Assembly: GCA_951406725.2 (NCBI GenBank)
Contig: OX597829.1
Span: 25,172,001-25,236,000 of the forward strand
From: Octopus vulgaris
Lineage: Eukaryota
DNA length: 64,000 bases
Reading direction: 5' to 3'
Each line of letters begins with the position of its first letter. Position 1 is the stretch's first letter. The notes beneath the pieces were generated by a model that searched no databases, was not told the DNA's origin, and was given only the letters and a program-made list of their open reading frames with translations. A program made the position numbers and the translations under genes. Positions 1 through 11,453 of this stretch are shown here, piece after piece.

Positions 1-846
1 ATGATTAATTTGACAGGCTTAATTAGCACTGAAAATGCTTATGAATAATTAAAAACATCAGATCATACATATTGTCTTCTTACTTATATTTTTATGTTAA
101 TAAGATTAATATAATGCCAGATGCCATGTAGATATATTTCTTAAATATTAATTTAAATTTAATATATACATTTTATATACAAAATACAAAAATTATGTTT
201 TTACACCTCAAAGTTATTTGTTTCTGAAAAAGAAAACCACTTGCAAACCACTCTTCAAATAAGAAGTTACTTGTGTCATAAAAAATAAAATAAATATTTC
301 AACTCTAGTGACACACCAAAAGTTCTGCCAATGTTTTGATACTTTCTCTTTAGATAATATATTGAGGTTTCACTATCACAAAAATCAACTGATGGAATTT
401 TTAGACATTTTTGTGAGCCAAAACAAAATTATATTTAGAAAGTGTTAGCTGCAATAGCTGTAAGCATTTTCATCATTAACTTAATGAGTCACTGACACAA
501 GTTTCTATATGGTTGGTTAACCTGCTAGAAATTATACCCTAATCACTTAAAAATAAAATGAAGTCCTGCATGTATGGAAAGTCAGGATGGTGAATACTGG
601 AATGATTGATCATAGGTATGCATAATCAGGACTGATATGATGACTATTGTATAAATACATCAATATATCTAACACCATTATTATTTATAACTAAAGTGTA
701 AACCTTAGACAAGACACACTGCTCTATATAATACATAAACATATCTAACATTATTAGGGTTATAAAAAAAAGGATAAAAATTTGAGTGAAATAATGAATG
801 AGAGAATCATGGGAAAATGTTAAGGGCTTTATAAAATGAGACTTAC

Positions 847-903
847 CCATATTGAAAGTGATCTATCACGACTACCAATGGCACAGCATGTGTATTGTTG
901 AGG
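847..903 (-). CDS. HIRA: HIRA coding exon 11 (PQQYTCCAIGSRDRSLSIW); gene continues beyond the left edge
   Basis: CAG acceptor and GTAAGT donor; 57 nt, phase 0/0; matches the HIRA CCAVGSKDRSLSVW motif. Confidence 0.93.
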
Positions 904-1029
904 CTGGAATCATAACAAAGGTCATCAATGCGTAAGAGTTATAAAGGAGAAAAAATGGAAATGAGAGAGAGAGAGAGGTGGAGTATAGAAGTATAAACAA
1001 CAGAGAAAGGTATAGAATAAGCACTTTCA

Positions 1030-1205
1030 CACACACACAATGAACTTTTAGTTTCCACCGACTAATTTCATTCACAAGGCTATGGTTGGGCTACAGCCTA
1101 AGTAGAAGACACTTGCCCAAGGTGCTGTTCAGTAGGATTGAACCCCAAAACCTCAAACCATGTGGTTGGGAAGTAAACTTCCTACCCATACATAGCCATG
1201 CTCAT
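1030..1205 (-). mobile_element. tRNA-derived SINE family A, partial and decayed
   Basis: Reverse complement of the family head ggctgtgtggtaagaagcttgcttcccaaccacatggtt...caccttgggcaagtgtcttcta. Confidence 0.75.
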
Positions 1206-1730
1206 GGTTAAAAAATGTATAATAAAATGTGCATATATAAGTTTGTGCTTAGCTTTATTTGTATGGCAGATTTTCTATGACTAGATACTCATTCCCATTG
1301 CCAACTCTTACCCAGTTCTTAGTAAGGTAATATTTTTCGATGAAAAGGATATGGTGATAAAACAAAACTAATATTTGAAATTAATTGTTGTTAACAACCT
1401 TATAGGTCTTTAAACCATTATTCTCATTTTCAGTGACGAAATTTTAAAAAACCATATTTATAGCACACAATATTTCAATTAGTTTGTTCTCTTGCTATCA
1501 TAATACCAGAATCTTGAAGAACATAAACTTGAGAAACCACATGTAAATGACATCAAAATAGTCAGGAATTTTAAAATTATTTGCAGTGAACTAAATCTAT
1601 TTCTTACACAAAAGAAATGAATTTATTAGAAGCAATATAATTCAAGTGATTTAATAGAACATCAGCTGCCATATCAAAGATCTGATGGTTTCCAGCTTAA
1701 TACCAATGCCATGCTATGTACATCCAATTC

Positions 1731-2178
1731 TGAAGATTAGCATGGCCCCTGCACAAGAATGACACGCAAATTCGTGAAGTGTTCCATATCTACTACTCTA
1801 AAGTCCAACCCCTCCCCAAAGTGGTAGGGTGGTATAAACGGGCAGTGTCAGAGCTACGCCGTCGGGAGTATTGGTTCCTAGTAGGGCCACCCAAGGCGGA
1901 TTGGTCTAGCACCGAGTGGTATTAGGGCCGTAGCCTGGCCAATGGGGCTCTGGTGAAAATTCCAAGAGGCGTCTGATCAGCAACCGGCGGCTTCAAGGTT
2001 GTTCTGTCCCCGCGTCTGTGGAGACTCCGCGGCAAACAGGACGTCCTGTCACTGGGGATATGCATGCAGGATATCAGGGACCGCTTGTGAATTCAATATT
2101 CCCACGAAACTTCTTCTATGAATCCTACTACAACCATGGCAATAAATACGAATACGAATGCGAATATGAATTATCTAT
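1731..2178 (+). mobile_element. Chimeric retroposon: U6 3' half + RTE/BovB-like LINE 5'UTR + short tandem tail, flanked by a candidate TSD
   Basis: Direct repeats tatgtacatccaattc (1715-1730) and tatctacatctaattc (2179-2194) match at 14/16; GC-rich body with GAGCTACGCCGTC...GTAGGGCCACCCAAGGCGGATTGGTC; AATAAA then a (TACGAA)-like repeat. Confidence 0.7.
1732..1789 (+). pseudogene. U6: U6 snRNA 3' half (about nt 46-103), retroposed fragment
   Basis: GAAGATTAGCATGGCCCCTGCACAAGAATGACACGCAAATTCGTGAAGTGTTCCATAT is 55/58 identical to the canonical metazoan U6 sequence; the 5' stem, most of the ACAGAGA box and the T-run terminator are missing. Confidence 0.95.
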
Positions 2179-2374
2179 TATCTACATCTAATTCACATCT
2201 TACTCCCTCAGCCTACCTAGTTGTGAGAATAGATACTATACTGTAGTTTGTAAATTCGTAATGAATTCAAACTGTTATATGAATAACATAGAGAGAGATG
2301 CAACTAAACAGGATAAACTTAGATCAAATAGGGTATAATAGTTAGGGAGATGGAGGAAATTCGTGTAAACTCAC

Positions 2375-2425
2375 CTTATCTAATTCTTTTTTAACTTTCA
2401 TAGATAGAATGTTGGGATTAAAACG
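2375..2425 (-). CDS. HIRA: HIRA coding exon 10 (RFNPNILSMKVKKELDK)
   Basis: CAG/GTGAGT boundaries, 51 nt, phase 0/0; matches KFNP following the WD repeat. Confidence 0.88.
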
Positions 2426-3090
2426 CTGAAAGAGAATTATTATTATTATAAATATTATAACAGAATGTCCACAAGAGTAACTAAAATTCACATGAATGTG
2501 CCATATAAAATAATTAGCTATGATTGAGTAGTAAAATTCATGAAGAGGCAGTGAACTAGATTAAATCTATTTGAAATTGTTCATGATGGAACTAATTTTC
2601 ATCTAAATTCTGACTTGAGTTTTTACCAACAACAAAATCATTTAAATTGGCAAACATAATGTTTTACTATATTTGTCCATCCGTGTTCTGAGTAATAGTC
2701 AATACAAGGTATGTAAGATGTGTGATGGTGTATGGTAGCAAAACATAGTTAATAAATGTAGAGGACTATATGTTGTGTGTGTGTAAGTATGGTGGTGCAT
2801 GGTAGTGTAACATGGACAGTGAATGAAGAGGACTATATGTGGTGATATATAATTTTGAAGGTGAGTGGCTATGAATGCAGAAATGGTATATTTGTGATGG
2901 TGTATAGCAGCAGATAGTGTTCTTTTTCTGCTGTTCCTATTGCTTTACTTCTAATGAAATACAAACTACATTACCTAAGTTTTAGGTGTATTATATTAAC
3001 CAAGTTTCAAACTGACTTCTTTTCAAGTAGAATCAAAACAAAGTAGGTATTATATACCATACAGGAAGAGGCATACAAAAATATACTAAC

Positions 3091-3258
3091 AACTACAGTA
3101 ATAGCTTTTCGGTGACCAACAAAATCCATTGATGTTCGCCACCCATCACGCTCGATTATTTGTGCTGTAGGTCCTGAGTTGTTCATTGCATGAGCTGAAA
3201 CTATGTAGTGACCATCAGGTGACCAATTCAGTCGGAGAATATGTGTGGTAGCTGAGCA
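3091..3258 (-). CDS. HIRA: HIRA coding exon 9 (CSATTHILRLNWSPDGHYIVSAHAMNNSGPTAQIIERDGWRTSMDFVGHRKAITVV)
   Basis: Near-identical to the diagnostic HIRA WD40 segment; CAG/GTTAGT, 168 nt. Confidence 0.97.
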
Positions 3259-3557
3259 CTGAAACATACATGCACACTCATTGAAACAACAGGTTTAGTT
3301 TTATAATATACAACAATATGTAGACATCAGCAATAAACTTACAAAAAAAAGTTTTCTTTAATGAATGAATAATTCAGAGAAAGAGATCTGTAGAATGAAG
3401 GGGTTATATATGTGATGAGCATGCCACAAAATTATCACAGTAAAGGACTTCTAATCAGCCACACACACATACAGAGTCACACTCACATACACAGACTAAA
3501 ATAAGCTAGTTCATAAAACTCTGCAAGTTTATGATAGTAAAAGAAAATAACCATTAC

Positions 3558-3635
3558 CTCTTCAAATGGTTCCTTAACAACAGCTTCTTGTTGCCAGTCA
3601 ACAGTACGCCAGATCCTGAGAGTTTTATCATCAGA
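3558..3635 (-). CDS. HIRA: HIRA coding exon 8 (SDDKTLRIWRTVDWQQEAVVKEPFEE)
   Basis: TAG/GTAATG, 78 nt, phase 0/0. Confidence 0.95.
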
Positions 3636-4235
3636 CTAAAGTAGTGAAATTTATAAAAACCTTGTAAAATTCAAAAATAGTTACGCAATATTAAAAAATA
3701 ATTACTGAATATTCCAAGACAACTGACATATAATATGACAACTCCAAAAATTCTCTCTTCAAATTTATATTTCGTGCTTCTCTTATCAATCGATATCATC
3801 GTATGCAAGAACTTTTCCAAGATTGTTTTTAATGTCACCTACATGGAAATCAGAGCAGGAATTTTCATACAGTTTATGAACTGTGAAATTGTTTTATATA
3901 TGTGTGTATATACACACACACACACACAAACACATAAAGTTCTTTGTTTATAAGCTTTGCAATCTATGGAATCACATCCTCAGATATAATTTCCAAGTCA
4001 TCAGGCTACATACACACACACACACAGTAAATTGTAGCCAAAGCGCCATTTGATGACATTACCAGGAGTCTAAGAAGGATTCTTGCATTTTATATCTTGA
4101 AATACCATCTTATATGCCACCATAAAAAGACATGTAATATAGATAGTTGTCTTGAATTGTAAATTAGTTACATATAATTTTAATTTTTTGAAACAGAATA
4201 TGAAATTTAAAATTATATAAAAGAAAAAAAATTTT

Positions 4236-6035
4236 TAGCCCAACTAATTAGGGAAAGAGTCTGCTTAGATGAGATGCAGTTTGGTTTTGTGCCAGGTAGA
4301 AGCATCACTGATGCTATATTCCTGGTATGGCAGCTGCAGGAGAAATACCTAGCCAAAGATAAACCCCTATACTTGACTTTTGTGGACTTGGAGAAAGCCT
4401 TTGACAAGGTCCCTCAATCCTTTATCTGGTGGGTGACGCAGAAACTGGGGATTGACAAATGATTAATAAGGGCTGTACAGGCCCTATACAGAGATGCTGT
4501 TAGTAAGATTAGGGTTGGCAATGAGTATAGTGAAGAATTCTGGGTAGAAGTAGGGGTCCACCAAGGAGCAGCCCTCAGCCCCCTCTTAATCATCATAGTC
4601 CTACAGGCAATAACAGAGTAATTCAAGACAGGTTGGCCTTGGGAACTCCTCTATGCTGATAACCTGGCCGTCAGAGCAGAATCACTAGCAGAACTCGAAG
4701 AAATTTCAGGTGTGGAAGCAAGGTTTAGAATCAAAGGTCCTTAGAGTCAATGTTGCAAAGACCAAAGTTCTAGTAAATAGGAAGGCGAATACATCACACA
4801 CCCTTTCAGGTAGGTAGAAACTCCATAAGATCTACCCAATGTAAGCAATGGACACATAAGAAGAGCAGCAACATCAAAGGAAGATTAACTGGGAAGATAG
4901 CTTTCATGTGCAGCAGATGCACAGAGGCAATAAACACCACAGATGCTCAGAAAAAAGATTCCATCACATGCCAGGGGAGAAACTAGAAGTAGTTGATAGC
5001 TTCTACTACCTAGGTGACCAAGTCTGTAGTGAAGGTGGATGCTCAGAGTGTTACAACTAGAATAAGAATAGCCTGGGCAAAGTTCAGAAAGCTTTTACCC
5101 CCACTAGTGACTCTCGCTCAGAGTGAAAGGTAGATTGTATGATGCATGTGTGCGAACTGCCATGCTTCACGATAGTGAAACATGGGCTGTGACTGCTGAA
5201 GATATGCGTAGGCTCAAAAGACATGAAATTAGAATGATCCACTGGATGTGTAATGTCAGTGCGCATACGCAACAGAGTGTAAGCGCCCTGAGAGAAATGT
5301 TGGACATAAGAAGCATCATGATGTGGCGTGCAAGAGAGACATTTGTGTTGGTATGGTCATGTACTATGGATGAATGAGGAGAGCTGTGTGAAGAAGTGCC
5401 ACTCCCAAACAGTGGAAGGAATCCAGGGTAGAGGGAGACCCAGGAAGACAAGGGATGAGGTGGTGAAGCATGATCTTGGAATGTTGGGCCTCACAGAGGC
5501 AATGACAAAAGACTGAGCCCTCTGGAGATATGCTGTGATTGAGAAGACCCGGCAAACAAAGTTAGTTCACAGGTGTAACCTACACCAGTGTCGCATAACC
5601 AGCCCACTCAAAAGTTCGTTGGATCGTAGGGCGACATGTCATGCTCGGGGAAACCTATTGAGTCAAGTACATCAAAATCATATTCAAATGGAAATTGTAG
5701 TTGTGATCCCTGTGCCAGTGGCATGTAAAAAGCACCAACCAAATGTAGCCGATGCCAGCACCACCTTGACTGACTTCCGTGCCAGTGGCACGTAAAAAGC
5801 ACCATCCAATCATGGTCAATGCCAGACCCCTCTGGCCCCTTTGCTGGTGGTACATTAAAAAGCACCCGCTACACTCTCAGAATGGTGGCCCTTAGGAAGG
5901 GCATCCAGCTGCAGAAACAATGCCAGATCAGACCAGAGCCTGGTGCAGCCTCGTGGCTTCCCAGACCCCAGTGAACCATCCAACTCATGCCAGCATGGAA
6001 AATGAATGGTAAACGATGATAATGATGATGATGAT
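4236..6035 (+). mobile_element. RTE-clade LINE, 5'-truncated and frameshifted (RT C-terminal half, 3'UTR, (GAT)n tail)
   Basis: QFGFVPGRSITDAIF, FVDLEKAFDKVP, GVHQGAALSP, LLYADN, RLCWYGHV, RGRPRKT; ends at aaacgatgataatgatgatg. Confidence 0.93.
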
Positions 6036-6194
6036 GTTCTTTACATAATGTATGTTTGTACGTACACACATTTCATAGAAGCTAATGAGTCACTCTGTCT
6101 CTTCAGTATTTCTCACTTATATGCATTCAGTCAGGCAACAAACAAACTCACCTGTATGTACTAAGTACTTTTTATTCCATTTGTACACCCACCA

Positions 6195-6380
6195 GGCATA
6201 GCCAAATAGTTAAGAAGCTTACATCTCAACTATGTGTCCTCAGGTTCAGTCTCACTGCATGGCACCTTGGGCAAGTGTCTTCTATTATAGGCAACAGGAA
6301 GGGATTCTGGCCATAGAAAATATACCATAACAAATTCTGTCTGGTTCAAGTAAGAATGGACAGTGGACATTTAAATGATG
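6195..6380 (+). mobile_element. SINE: family A head joined to an RTE-type tail, decayed
   Basis: ggttcagtctcactgcatggcaccttgggcaagtgtcttct followed by aggaaggg...ggacatttaaatgatg. Confidence 0.6.
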
Positions 6381-6515
6381 CATGCATGCATGCATCCATA
6401 CATACACACACACACATACATACATGCTTGTGCACAAGTTGCTGTGCATACAGATATGGATGTGTATGTTTGTGAAAAATGCATGTTGGTCTGACAAAAT
6501 ATATAATATTCTTAC

Positions 6516-6598
6516 TTGGGATGCAAGATATTTTCCAACTGGATCCCAGGTAACACCTTTCACCAAACCAGAGTGACCTTTTAAAACACAGATCTGTT
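6516..6598 (-). CDS. HIRA: HIRA coding exon 7 (EQICVLKGHSGLVKGVTWDPVGKYLASQ)
   Basis: CAG/GTAAGA, 83 nt, phase 1/0. Confidence 0.96.
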
Positions 6599-6741
6599 CT
6601 GAAAAAAGAAAAAGAATGATAGAAGTAAGCTATTTAGAAAGTAATGATAATAAAGCTATGAGCCAATGAAAAAATAATACTTATGATAACTTGAGGTGCT
6701 AAAAATAACTGAACTTTCAGGTTCATAAAAAAGGAAAGCCA

Positions 6742-7092
6742 CATCATCATTTAATGTCGGTTTTCCATACTAGTATGGATTGGACAGTTTGACTGAAAAC
6801 TGGTAAGCTGGGGAGCCACACCAGGTACAATCTGGTCTCTACAGCTTGATGCCCTCCCTAATGCCAACCACTCCAGGAGTGTAGTGGATGCTTTTTACAT
6901 TCCACTGGCACAGGTACCAGTTATGTAACACTGGCATCGGCCACAACTATGATCTCAGCTGTCTTAACAGGTCTTCTCTATATTGCTCACTTGTCACTGC
7001 CAATGTGAGGCCCAAAGTTCAAAGGGTGCTTTATACATGCCAGTTACACAACATTGGCATTGGCCGTGACTATGATTTCACTTGGCTTAACA
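6742..7092 (-). mobile_element. RTE 3'UTR/tail-derived element (family B)
   Basis: catcatcatttaatgtc...gatgccctccctaatgccaaccactcc is the reverse complement of the RTE tail at 5870-6035. Confidence 0.75.
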
Positions 7093-7404
7093 TTGGATAA
7101 CAAATAAAAATAGGACCATATGTCCATGGTTGAAATATGTGTGTTTGTCTTCCTGTTGTCTTTACATTGTGCAGTACATAAAAACAAAAAAGCCAATATC
7201 TATACAATGGTATCTGTCTGCAATCTGCTGTGAAATATGGGCCAGCCATTGAGCCGTTCATTGTTTTAAGAATTAGAGGTAATAAGACCTTATTTGGTGA
7301 ATGTTGGGAAAAGAACGAGCATCTGGATATAGAAAATCAGTCTCAAGAAGTTTCACGTAATCCATTTCCTATATGGAAAAGTGGACATTAAACAGTAGCA
7401 ATAA

Positions 7405-7605
7405 TGGATTCAAATTTTGGCACAAGACCAGCAATTTCAGGAGAGGGGTAACTCAATTACATCAACCCCGGCGTTCAACTGGTACTTACTTTGTCAATCA
7501 CAAAAGGATGAAAAGGAAAATGACCTCGGTAGAATTTGAAATCGGTATGTAAAGAGAGATGTAATGCTTCCCAGCATGCTAACGATTCTACAAGCTCACA
7601 GCCTA
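7405..7605 (-). mobile_element. SINE family C; further copies at 8095-8330(-), 44925-45095(+), 60715-60810(-)
   Basis: Reverse complement of gactttgcctttcatcctttcggggtcgataaattaagtaccag...gctggtcttgtgccaaaatttgaa; the central segment resembles a Meta-type SINE domain (recalled, unverified). Confidence 0.7.
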
Positions 7606-7933
7606 ATTAAGCAGTAATAATAATGATGGCAGTGATGATTACATTAAGAAGAAAAATCCTTTGCTTATAACCAGTTTCTGTAGCTAAAGTGGTGTAAGTG
7701 ATTTAGTCAAAGCTAGCATTTATTTGTATTTGTTTACAAACTCAACAGGCAAAATTACCTGTTCACAAGGAATTTGAATAGAGAGCTATGAAGCTAAAGA
7801 ATGTTTTAGCAATTCTGCCAACTCATTTTTTTTTTTTTCGCTTAGAGGTGGAAGCCTCTGAAGATAGTCTTTTGCAAAGGAAATCAATGCTGAATATACA
7901 TATCTTAAGATAAATTTTAAAAAGTTTATTTAC

Positions 7934-8029
7934 CTGGAAATTTCACAGCATTCCATACAACAACAGTGTTGTCAACACTACATGTGGCTAACCAGGCATC
8001 ATGTGGTGACCAAGCCAAGTCAAGTACAT
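7934..8029 (-). CDS. HIRA: HIRA coding exon 6 (DVLDLAWSPHDAWLATCSVDNTVVVWNAVKFP)
   Basis: TAG/GTAAAT, 96 nt, phase 1/1. Confidence 0.97.
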
Positions 8030-8343
8030 CTATAAATTATAAAACAATCAAAATTAAGAACCTGTATGTGCTGCTGTTGATGATGATAATCATAATTCTT
8101 TCAAATTTTGATGCAAGACCAGCGATTTTAGTGTGTGTGTGTGTGTGGGGGGGGTAAGTTGATTACATCAACCCCAGTGCTTAACTGGTACTTATTCTAT
8201 CAACCCTGAAAAGATGAATGGCAAAATTGACCACAGCAGTATCTGAACTGGAATCTAAAGAGTAGGAATAATTAATACCATTAAGCATTTTGTCTGATGT
8301 GCAAACAGATCTGCTAGCTTGCCACTTTGATGATGATAATAAT

Positions 8344-8698
8344 TGTTTACCAACCACATGGTTCCGGGTTCAGTCCTACTGTATGGCACCTTGGGCAAGT
8401 GTCTTCTACTATAGCCTCGGGCCGACCAAAGCCTTGTGAGTGGATTTGGTAGACGGAAACTGAAAAGAAGCCCGTTGTATATATATATCTATGCATGTGT
8501 GTCTGTGTTTGTCTCCCTCACATTGCTTGACAACCGATGCTGGTGTGTATATGTCCCCGTTACTTAGCGGTTCGGCAAAAGAGACCGATAGAATAAGTAC
8601 TGGGCTTACAAAAGAATAAGTCCCGGGGTTGAGTTGTTCGATTAAAGGCGGTGCTCCAGCATGGCTGCAGTCAAATGACTGAAACAAGTAAAGAGAGT
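8344..8698 (+). mobile_element. SINE family A, near full length, with internal TA/TG microsatellite
   Basis: B-box-like ggttccgggttcagtcc, CORE-like caccttgggcaagtgtcttct, tail ggcggtgctccagcatggctgcagtcaaatgactgaaacaagta. Confidence 0.9.
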
Positions 8699-9911
8699 AT
8701 ATACACATACACACAAAGAGAAAAGAATCATTAGCATAGCTACTAACTTTATTGTAGAAAAGTGTGTTTTCATTTTTAGCCATCTATTTTAAATACTCAG
8801 GATACATTCTATAACATTAGCTGACATTAACATCAATAAATGTTACTAGATACACATATATTTGCATGTAAACAACAAATTAAAAGGGTGGCTTATTAGC
8901 AATTAGAACCTAAAGGTAAAATTAATAGGGGTCACAAAAGTAATGGTGGGTGCAGACTAGCACCGTTTATGCTAAAATAAGAGTTAAATTAACTCCAAAG
9001 TCACCAAAGCACTATACTTAATGACTGACGAAGAGAGTTAAGTCCCTAGCGTATATAGCCTTATACGATTTCGAATTTTGGTGTAGACCACCTTAATTCT
9101 CAGCAGCAGCTCTTAACGCCTAGGGTTACACTCAATTTCCTTTGTCAATCTTATAAGAAAAGCCGTTGAAAACATGTTGATTTTCAAAATGGTAAAAGTG
9201 TGTGTGTATACATGTATATCACTTAATCAGCCTATCAGATGTTATACATTGCTGGTCACAATGTGCTTTGCATCATTTTTTAAAACTTTTTAAATGATTC
9301 CACTCTACTGGCTTATATATTAGGAAGGGCATCTTGCCATAGAAACCATGCCCAAACAGACAGTGAAGTTGGGTGTAGTCTTCTGGCTTACCAGCTCCTG
9401 TCAAATCATCCTACCCATGTCAGCATGGAACATGGACATTAAATGAGCATGATGGTGATATAGCTAGTCAGGTATGGTTGTCAGCAGATCTTGAATAAAA
9501 ATAAGAGCCCAGTTACCATGCTGGTCACTTCAGGGAAAATTTTACTATTAAAAGAGTTTATACCAGTTGTTAGGATATCCCACCAAAATAGTGGAGCAAC
9601 AATGCTAATAGCAATCGAAAACATTTCAACATAAAACAGAGGACAGTGCTAAATAGATATGAGAGGAAGCCAAGTATTATTATTATTATTATTAACTTCA
9701 GTTTTGTTGGAATGCCTGCAGCCTACAGTACCATGCTTTTTGTTCTTGTCGTCGTCGTCGTCAGCAGCAGCAGCAGAATTAGTAGTAGTAGTTGATACAA
9801 CATATATTTTCATTACTTCTTGAAGATGTTATGACTAAAGGCTTCATTTTTCAAGTTATAGAAAGGCAGTAATTTAGTTAGATTTTTAAAAATCTAAACC
9901 ATCAGACATAC

Positions 9912-10006
9912 CTCCAGAATGTCCTCGAAGTGTAAATACTGGCCTCCACTGTTCAATATTTACCATTTTTCCTCCACTTCCAAACACTGTTGATGGGCCA
10001 CCATAC
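9912..10006 (-). CDS. HIRA: HIRA coding exon 5 (YGGPSTVFGSGGKMVNIEQWRPVFTLRGHSG)
   Basis: CAG/GTATGT, 95 nt, phase 2/1. Confidence 0.96.
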
Positions 10007-10244
10007 CTGTTGCAGATATAAAAAAAAAAAATCCAGTAAAATGACCATTTTTTAAAAAAGACTCGACAGAAACAAATGACTTTAGAGAATGTGATTTGAT
10101 TCCAAAATATGAGAGAATACCATGAAGAAATACAATAAAGGAGAGCCTCTAGTAGTCAAATCTTCCTATCTGCCACATGATTATAAATAAGGAAAGGACA
10201 CATTTTATATTATAATCTTACACACAACTAAAACAACATAATCT

Positions 10245-10478
10245 TTTATCTTTCACTTGTTTCAGTCATTAGACTGCAGCCATGCTGAGGCACTACTTTG
10301 AAGAATTTTATAGTTGAATGTATCACATACACACATATTTACGATGGGCTTCTTTCAGTTTCTGTCTACCAAATCTACTTGCAAGGCTTTGATTGCTGAA
10401 GGTGCTATGCAGTGAGACTGAACCTGGAGTCATGTGGATTGGGAAGCAAGCTTCTTACCACACAGCCACACCTGCACT
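10245..10478 (-). mobile_element. SINE family A, internally deleted
   Basis: cttgtttcagtcatt...tctttcagtttctgtctacc...cttcttaccacacagccac. Confidence 0.8.
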
Positions 10479-10943
10479 TATAATTGTTACAGTACATATA
10501 CCTTTGACCTTAAGTCTGCTAAATCAGGCTTGATTTTGAGCTAAACAATAACAGAACCAAGGCATCAGTATATCAGATGAGATTAAGTCACCTTCATCAA
10601 CAAATCTCCAAGTAGTTCTTAAACCAAACACCAAGGTTTTTGGTATATTTTCATCTAATCTGTCAAAACAGAGATGAATTTGTGTTACTCATTTAATCTT
10701 CATTCTCATGGCAGTTTAGATAAAAAAAAAATTTTAATCTATTATTTCCTGCATCTCAATCTTTCAACAATGAAACTCTTTTTTTTTTAGAGGTGTGTTT
10801 ATTGTAGACACCAACAGGTCTTCATCCCAAATCAGTTTCGTCTACCATAAATGAAATGTCAATAAATACTGAAGCTGCCATACAACATAAACATCAATCA
10901 AAATGCAACAAATAAATATATACTTCCAACCCACTTTACTTAC

Positions 10944-11034
10944 CTGCTTGTTTGCCAGATCATAACTAATTTGTCATCTGCACCAGAAGCTAAATGTCGG
11001 CCATTATGAGACCAACGGACACAGTTAACACAAC
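10944..11034 (-). CDS. HIRA: HIRA coding exon 4 (GCVNCVRWSHNGRHLASGADDKLVMIWQTSR)
   Basis: CAG/GTAAGT, 91 nt, phase 1/2. Confidence 0.97.
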
Positions 11035-11412
11035 CTGTAGAAAATATTTTTAAAACTGGATTACTGGAAACAGATCTATTATCACATGTGGTTTTACTAA
11101 TGTTACATTCAAACATATTTGACAAGTCATTTTATAAAATATAACTCTGTATTCATTCATTTGATGCAGCATTTATAGTAATATATCAGAGTCCCTTAAT
11201 TCTTTAACATTCAAACCAGCCACATCTGGGACAGGCAAAGGATCAAATACTCATGCAAGCAGGAAAACATCAAAACTGAAAAAATATCTATTTCAAATTT
11301 ATCCACCAGAAAACTAAGATAGTGTTTTCAGCTAAGCTTAATAGCTGACGATAAATCTTTGTTAGTATCAATGTAAAAGTTAAAGGCAGTTGGATGACAA
11401 TTGGTAGAGAAC

Positions 11413-11450
<38 letters not shown>

Positions 11451-11453
<3 letters not shown>

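Noticed and set aside
1708-1746. GCCATGCTA/TAGCATGGC inverted match suggesting an inverted U6 5' piece
   Set aside because: Only 9 bp and overlapping the candidate TSD; may be chance or junction microhomology.
1732-1789. Functional U6 snRNA gene
   Set aside because: 5' 45 nt, ACAGAGA box, upstream promoter and T-run terminator are absent.
1870-1945. Pistol, twister or canonical HDV ribozyme in the GC-rich body
   Set aside because: TAGGGCC resembles the pistol loop but no CCCTA partner follows; HDV P3/L3/P1.1 could not be fitted by eye.
5705-5870. CRISPR-like repeat-spacer pattern (also at 25.7 and 37.5 kb)
   Set aside because: Eukaryotic intron, degenerate repeats, spacers related to each other, embedded in a LINE 3'UTR, no cas genes.
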